From Macrostomum lignano (lineage: Eukaryota): a stretch of DNA of 64,000 bases. Each line of letters begins with the position of its first letter. Position 1 is the first letter of the stretch. The notes below the pieces were generated by a model, which was not told the DNA's origin, made no database searches, and worked only from the letters and a program-made list of their open reading frames with translations. The stretch lies in the NCBI GenBank assembly GCA_002269645.1, contig NIVC01001595.1:1-64000 (forward strand). The letters run 5' to 3'. Positions 55,267 through 64,000 of this stretch are shown piece after piece. A program made the position numbers and the translations under genes.

Positions 55267-55762
55267 ATGACTGAGATCGATCTTGTCAACCGCGATCCCA
55301 ATGGAATCAACTCCGGGATCCAGGTGAGATTTCGAATACTATTGACATTTTCAAATTAAAAAAAGATCGCTTTAGACAACAAGACTACTCACGCTTTTTC
55401 CGACTCAAATCTTAAATTTCCAGGTGAAATTCGAGGATGTTCTGGCCGAGCCGGATGGCGCGCACTCCATGGACTGCGTGTGGCAGAACAGCTACAAGTG
55501 CTACACCTGCGGCCTGTCGCTGTCCTACAAGATCGCCACCCTGCTGTGCGGCATCTTCATCGCACTGCACTGGGGCTGCACTTTCGGCTGCTTGGCCTTC
55601 AACCAAATCTGGATGATCACGCCCAAGTGCAAGGTGTTCGAGATCCAGATGTCCTGCTTCAGGCGTTTCTTCACCACGATCTTGGAGTGCTGCCTGGGCC
55701 CGTGCTGCGCCACCTGTGGCATGTTCTTCAGCAACATCACCGTCACGAACAAGTCGGGCTGA
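55267..55762 (+). CDS. Caveolin, copy 1 (131 aa)
   Basis: Exons 55267-55323 and 55424-55762. NRDPNGIN...VKFEDVLAEPDGAHSMDCVW contains the caveolin signature (FEDVIAEP-like), followed by a hydrophobic intramembrane segment. Confidence 0.93.
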
Positions 55763-56452
55763 TTTCAATAGTCCAGCTCTCCTGGGCACTCAGCAACTGT
55801 GCAACAAGGAACTGAAGTTTAGCAAAGTTGAACAATGCTTTAAGTTGACTTTATCGATAAATAACAATATGCATATAAAATTACTGTTTTTTATTGTGTT
55901 CGATTCCGCTAAAAAAACTGTTTTGATTTTTATTTTCCCAAAGTTTTCCTTAAGTTTATTTTTATCTGAATAATAGATTTGGAAGGATTCACTGACGCCC
56001 AAACTTTTTCTTTGCAAATCTCTCACTTATAAAATAAACTGCGTTTTTCGCCAGTTTATTATTTTCCCAGCACTCCAGCGAAGAAAGTTATACTTGTTAT
56101 ATCTATTTGGTAAAACAATACTGCGGACCACTGAAAATCGGCTCAGTGATTCCTGCAGATGGCCTTATTATTAGTGTGCTTGCTTAACCCTTTGTGCACC
56201 GCTTTCAGGTAGACAAGCGAACCATTTGGCAGAAATTTTAATACCGCCCTGTTATCTGTCGATACACCATAATCTTCATCTTTTTCTGTCCCATGCAACA
56301 GCCGGGACCTGCAAGCTGACGGTTCGACTCGAAAAGGGTGACCATTTTTACAGTGTTCAATACAAACAATATAACGAACTGGATTGCTGTCTTGCTGTGT
56401 TAAATTCTCTAATTCTCAACAAGGATATACTCCATTGGATGGATAGATACCA

Positions 56453-56678
<226 letters not shown>

Positions 56679-57479
56679 ATGGAGGAACTCATCTATGGAG
56701 GCTTTGTGGGATTAGAGGAGGAACTCAGGTCGCACAAGAAAAAGATTTCAGAAATTAAATACTAAGGATCTTTCAATCTAATTTTAATCTCAGGTAAAAC
56801 ATTAGTAAGCAAAAGACTTAGACAGCTGCTGATGGAGAACAGGGAGAGAGCTGCTGCTTGGAAGAAGCGCCATTGTTTACCATCCTCTGCGCTCCCAGCC
56901 TCTCCGGTTTCCAAGGCTCCGTTTGAGAGACGTGGAGGGGAGGGGAGGTCGGTTGGAGGAAGGCAGGGGTCGCGCACGGAGGAATCCAGGGTTGCCTTGG
57001 AGACCGGGGAGAGATGTCGGGGGAGACAAGCAAAGTGAGGACGGAGAGTTGAACATTTCCCCCCCCCTTAGTAACCCTCCCTCAGCGAAAAACAAAAGAT
57101 ACGCTTTTCCCCCTTCCTCCATTGTGGGCTATTCATTGTCGAAATGCTTTGTACAGAAATAGCCGTATATTCTAGCAGGGGATATAATTAGGGAAGAGCT
57201 TGTTTCAAAAGCACGTTGTACATTGCACAGCTGCGGCTGCTGCTGGGAGGCTTCCAAATCATTTCTTTCCTAAGCCCTCTATCCCGTTGGCCTTGGCAAC
57301 CGAAACTTAAGAGAAGCTTTAGTTGCAATATGGGGTTGGGAATGCTTGTATTCCCGTAGTCTCAGCTGAGGCCAGAAATTTCTATAGGAAATTCATAGGC
57401 GCTTTTTGTAGTGCATTTATTGCTGGTGTTCTGGGAGGCACTAAAGAGAGACCAGTCAATCATTATTAAGTTTTGTGTT

Positions 57480-58530
57480 GGCCCAATTCGAGTGTCAGGG
57501 GTGTCAGGGGGACTGGCGCCAGCTCGGGTGTCAGAGGGACTGGCGCCAGCTCGGGTGTCAAGGGGGACTGGCGGCAATTCCGGTGTCAGGGAGGACTGGC
57601 GGCAATTTGGGTGTCAGGGGGACTGGCGCCAATTCGGGTGTCAAGGGGGACTGGCGCCAATTCGGGTGTCAAGAGGAATGGCGCCAATTCGGTTGTTAGG
57701 GGGGACTGGCGCCAATTCCGGTGTCAGGGAGGACTGGCGCCAATTTGGGTGTCAGGAAGGACTGGCGCCAATTCGGGTGTTAGGGGGGACTGGCACCAAT
57801 TCGGGTGTCAGAAGGACTGGCGCCAATTTGGGTGTCATGGGGGACTGGCGCCAATTCGAGTGTTAGGGGGGACTGGCGCCAACTCGGGTGTCAGAAGGAA
57901 TGGCGCCAATTCCGGTGTCAAAGGGGACTGGCGCCAATTCCGGTGTCAAGGGGGACTGGCGCCAATTCGGGTGTCAGGGAGGACTGGCGCCAATTCGGGT
58001 GTCAGGAAGGACTGGCGCCAATTCGGGTGTCAGGGGGGACTGGCGCCAATTCGGGTGTTAATGGGGACTGGCGCCAATTCGGGTGTCAGAAGGACTGGCG
58101 CCAATTTGGGTGTCATGGGGGACTGGCGCCAATTCGAGTGTTAGGGGGGACTGGCGCCAATTCGAGTGTTAGGGGGGACTGGCGCCAATTCGAGTGTTAG
58201 GGGGGACTGGCGCCAACTCGGGTGTCAGAAGGACTGGCGCCAATTCGGGTGTCAGGGGGGACTGGCGCCAATTCGGGTGTTAATGGGGACTGGCGCCAAT
58301 TCGGGTGTCAGAAGGACTGGCGCCAATTTGGGTGTCATGGGGGACTGGCGCCAATTCGAGTGTTAGGGGGGACTGGCGCCAATTCGAGTGTTAGGGGGGA
58401 CTGGCGCCAATTCGAGTGTTAGGGGGGACTGGCGCCAATTCGAGTGTTAGGGGGGACTGGCGCCAATTTCGGTGTCAGGGAGGACTGGCGCCAATTCGGG
58501 TGTCAAGGGGGACTGGCGCCAATTCCAGTG
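57480..58530. repeat. 21-22-bp GC-rich minisatellite, ~47 copies
   Basis: Unit ggactggcgccaattcgggtgtcagggg with variants and repeated higher-order blocks. Confidence 0.96.
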
Positions 58531-59009
58531 TCAGGAATAGGCGTCAGGTCCTTTTGCCTTTAGCTCCCGAAGTGGCCGGGATTATTTCCCAATTTCTAGC
58601 TAATAATGCTCAACAATATAACCCAAACACTATTATATTACCCTTCAGTCCAAGTCACAAGGCAGCTGTAATTATTGAGTAACTAATCGAAAAGTACATG
58701 CGGCAACAAAAAGGAACAAAGCAAATAAAGAGCCCAAAGAGCAAAGGAAGAAATGCAATATTGTTGGGAGTGAGACCTGGAGCTTAAGGCAGAGAGAGCC
58801 CTGCTTAGCCGTGTAAGGGAAAGGATGAAGGCGAACGCGCTATGCAAACAGGTCCTCGGGCCTCCAGAGCCTATTAAGTCAACCAAAAAGTCATATTTCC
58901 AAAACCATAAGGTATTGGTCATTGACATGGGAGTGGACGCTTGCTGCACCGTCAAGGCTTAATCCCACTTCTTCCCCCAACCGCCCCCCAGAGAATCAGC
59001 CCAGCTAGC

Positions 59010-59023
59010 GTTGCCATGGAAAC
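59010..59023. promoter_or_regulatory. Candidate RFX X-box upstream of caveolin copy 2
   Basis: Identical GTTGCCATGGAAAC, 766 bp before the ATG. Confidence 0.4.
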
Positions 59024-59788
59024 CACCCAGCTCGCTATATGTAGAAAGCTCCAACTCCAACCTGCATTGAGCCAGTCCTATAGTCTCTTTCTGGAGAGGG
59101 ATGGGAGCCGCGCATAGGGTTGAGCACGCGAAGATAGTATCCCCATTGTTCTGAGTCTGCTTCTGGGAAGGCTTCCGCACAGGACAGGAAAAGCAGTGGA
59201 AGCGGACTTCAACTGGGGATAGGGGTATGGCCAAGGTATGGCCAAGGAGAATTTGGAGCAACCAACTATGTTTTGTATTTTTTGCAAGAGTTGTCACTCC
59301 AGACTCTCGTTCTATAGGCCTCCTTGGTCAGGCAGCTTATGATTTTGAGTAAGACAAGGCGAGAAGTAATCAGTTAGGAAAGTGACAGAGCGGCACCGGA
59401 TGAGTTGCCTAGCAGCCGTCTGTTGTATACTGAATTATACAGTTGAAGGCTTTGAACAAAGGGACTGGCATACAATAGGTCTGTGTGCGTAGACTTTTTA
59501 TTTACTTATATACAGGTGCGTGCAGTTGCAGCTGTGGAGATTTTGGGAAAGTGCAATACAACCTGTTTGAATTTGTGGCTGGCAGAGGCCACCTCCGAAG
59601 CGCAGATGTTGCACTTAAGGAAAGACATTGAATGATTGAGAAATGGGTGCGCCATGAGGTTAGAGAGCAAATAAAGTTTAGGACAGGGCTGGGATTAATT
59701 CATATATTCTTAGAATTGACTTAACGGTCTGCTTCCCGAAAGCCCTAAACAGCTTCAACTCGGTTCTCAATTCTTTTGAAATCAGATA

Positions 59789-60890
<1,102 letters not shown>

Positions 60891-61264
60891 TCTTCTTTTC
60901 GGGATCGCTATAGTCTTTGGGAAAATTTCGATTTGCTATCTGATCAAGCTTAGGCAATTTGGTTGGTTTTTAATACTGGTTTCTTGAAAATTATCTTTGT
61001 TTTCCGAAATTCCCGTGAAATACATGTAGATGACCTGATAAACTTTATAAGACGGGCAACGCCATTTATCTGTTGTTTTTTATCAACCTTGCGTAAAATG
61101 GTTGCTATAGTCAAGATAAGTTACTGTTATTTCTAGTAGTGATGCTGAAATTGTTGGAAATATTTATTTCAAATGTAAAATTAATATTATTTTCAACCGT
61201 CTTGCAATAAATAATAAATAAGACAGCTCGACGAGTACACGTAAGATAAACCTAAAAAAGTATA

Positions 61265-61336
61265 TTCCCTGACCGGGAGTCGAACCCGGGCCGCCTGGGT
61301 GAGAGCCAGGAATCCTAACCGCTAGACCATCAGGGA
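61265..61336 (-). tRNA. tRNA-Glu (anticodon CTC)
   Basis: The reverse complement TCCCTGATGGTCTAGCGGTTAGGATTCCTGGCTCTCACCCAGGCGGCCCGGGTTCGACTCCCGGTCAGGGAA folds as a canonical 72-nt cloverleaf and is followed by a T6 Pol III terminator. Confidence 0.96.
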
Positions 61337-61632
61337 CTTATTGAACTGCTGGCTCTAACATTAGAGTTGTTGCTATCTGGGAAAATCCTCTGCTTTTGAA
61401 ATATGCATGTCCCACTCCGAGCTTCCATTGATAAGAATTGTTCCTGTGAAGTTGACTTGCTGCCAAGCGATATTAGCAGAACTGTTCTCGCATTTCTGAT
61501 AGCTTGCCTTTAAGATTTGAGTTCTGAGCCTGAGGTTCCAAGCATAAATAGTTCGTTTGTTTATACTTGAGAATGCCAAAATAGCTGACTCTCTCCTATT
61601 ATAGCTCGCACTCGTATCATTGAATTCAAAGC

Positions 61633-63015
61633 AGCTTGAGTTCCAATCAGCTTGAGTTTCAAGCAACTTGAGTTCCAATCAGCTTGAGTTCCAAGCAACT
61701 TGAGTTCCAATCAGCTTGAGTTCCAAGCAGCTTGAGTTCCAAGCAACTTGAGTTCCAAGCAACTTGAGTTCCAATTAACTTGAGTCCTAAGCAACTTGAG
61801 TTCCAATCAGCTTGAGTTCCAATCAGCTTGAGTTCCAAGCAGCTTGAGTTCCAAGCAACTTGAGTTCCAAGCAGCTTGAGTTCCAAGCAACTTGAGTTCC
61901 AAGCAGCTTGAGTTCCAAGCAACTTGAGTTCCAATTAACTTGAGTTCCAAGCAACTTGAGTTCCAAGCAACTTGAGTCCTAAGCAACTTGAGTTCCAATC
62001 AGCTTGAGTTCCAAGCAACTTGAGTTCCAAGCAACTTGAGTTCCAATTAACTTGAGTCCTAAGCAACTTGAGTTCCAATCAGCTTGAGTTCCAATCAGCT
62101 TGAGTTCCAAGCAACTTGAGTTCCAATTAACTTGAGTTCCAAGCAACTTGAGTCCTAAGCAACTTGAGTTCCAATCAGCTTGAGTTCCAAGCAACTTGAG
62201 TTCCAAGCAACTTGAGTTCCAAGCAACTTGAGTTCCAAGCAACTTGAGTTCCAAGCAACTTGAGTCCTAAGCAACTTGAGTTCCAATCAGCTTGAGTTCC
62301 AAGCAACTTGAGTTCCAAGCAACTTGAGTTCCAAGCAACTTGAGTTCCAAGCAACTTGAGTTCCAAGCAACTTGAGTTCCAATTAACTTGAGTTCCAAGC
62401 AACTTGAGTTCCAAGCAACTTGAGTTCCAATCAGCTTGAGTTCCAAGCAACTTGAGTTCCAAGCAACTTGAGTTCCAATCAGCTTGAGTTCCAAGCAACT
62501 TGAGTTCCAAGCAACTTGAGTTCCAAGCAACTTGAGTCCTAAGCAACTTGAGTTCCAATCAGCTTGAGTTCCAAGCAACTTGAGTTCCAAGCAACTTGAG
62601 TTCCAAGCAGCTTGAGTTCCAAGCAACTTGAGTTCCAAGCAACTTGAGTTCCAATCAGCTTGAGTTCCAAGCAACTTGAGTTCCAATTAACTTGAGTTCC
62701 AAGCAACTTGAGTTCCAAGCAACTTGAGTTCCAATCAGCTTGAGTTCCAAGCAACTTGAGTTCCAATTAACTTGAGTTCCAATTAACTTGAGTTCCAAGC
62801 AACTTGAGTTCCAATCAGCTTGAGTTCCAAGCAACTTGAGTTCCAAGCAACTTGAGTTCCAATCAGCTTGAGTTCCAAGCAACTTGAGTTCCAAGCAACT
62901 TGAGTTCCAATCAACTTGAGTTCCAAGCAGCTCGAGTTTCAAGCAACTTGAGTTCCAAGCAGCTCGAGTTTCAAGCAGCTTGAGTTCAAAGCAGCTTGAG
63001 CTCAAAGCAGCTCAA
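61633..63015. repeat. 16-bp satellite, ~86 copies
   Basis: Unit aagcaacttgagttcc, with recurrent variants aatcagcttgagttcc, aattaacttgagttcc and taagcaacttgagtcc. Confidence 0.98.
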
Positions 63016-63492
63016 GTTTTAGCTGTCATGTCTGTCTATAGCTACTTGTCTAAATGCATCTTTCCCCAAGTTCACTAGACATTTGAAAATTTTAAGAAGA
63101 CATTCGGGTTGCTTTGGATTTAGTACGAGGCTTGATCTTAGCAGTGCACATAGCCTTGTCACTATTGTATTTAAAAAAAACAAATTCTGACCTAATTGTC
63201 ATAACTTTAGTTGATGGACTGTTCACTCCAGTTGCAGCATAAATTTACGTGCATCTGCTACAAGAATACATGCATGCACGATGTATCAACAACAACAAGA
63301 AGAATAATTAAAAACACTTTTGGTGTTTTCATGGTGAACATATGCTGTGAATGAATTCTGAATCCACTCAAATAATTCTATTCGAGTTAAAACAGAGAAG
63401 TACAAGTCCTGTGCAGTATGACTAACCTATTCTAATGGAGTACAAAAACTACTTATTGTGAACTTCATTCGATTTTAAATTTTGATTTCAAG

Positions 63493-64000
<508 letters not shown>

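Noticed and set aside
57480-58530. CRISPR-like look (constant ggactggcgccaatt plus a variable part)
   Set aside because: The variable parts are short, mutually similar and recurrent, not unique spacers. There are no cas genes and the context is eukaryotic. It is a minisatellite.
61659-63005. Repetitive ELKLLGTQVAWNSSC ORFs
   Set aside because: They arise from a 16-bp satellite, break frame repeatedly and show no splice or codon evidence.

Overview
Eukaryotic (metazoan) genomic DNA with spliceosomal introns, GC-rich exons and AT-rich, repeat-laden introns. The style resembles a free-living flatworm such as Macrostomum, which is inference and not established here. All gene models were assembled by hand from GT/AG sites and reading-frame continuity. 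On the + strand: the 3' exons of CFAP47, a compact LysM+TLDc (OXR1/NCOA7-like) gene, an ankyrin-repeat TRPM-type cation channel and two tandem caveolins. On the - strand: a 3-exon (CUB-like?)+C-type-lectin gene, an intronless secreted PAN/apple+C-type lectin, a 4-RRM nucleolin-like gene, a 9-exon LRRC74-like LRR+EF-hand gene, a tRNA-Glu(CTC) and the 3' end of an alpha-tubulin. The channel gene lies antisense inside intron 6 of the LRRC74-like gene. Mobile DNA comprises at least 7 copies or fragments of a tRNA-derived CORE-like SINE, a head-to-head RNase H LINE/RTE LINE composite, an internally deleted P-element with an 8-bp TSD, a 1.8-kb element with perfect 36-bp TIRs, related MITEs and foldback-like elements. 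There are also about 15 micro/minisatellites. The most notable items are the ankyrin-TRPM chimeric channel nested in a presumed ciliary gene, the caveolin pair (gene-conversion-like tract, GC-AG intron filled with (GATA)n, identical RFX X-box-like motifs upstream) and the cryptic lectin gene. No prokaryotic features or CRISPR arrays are supported.
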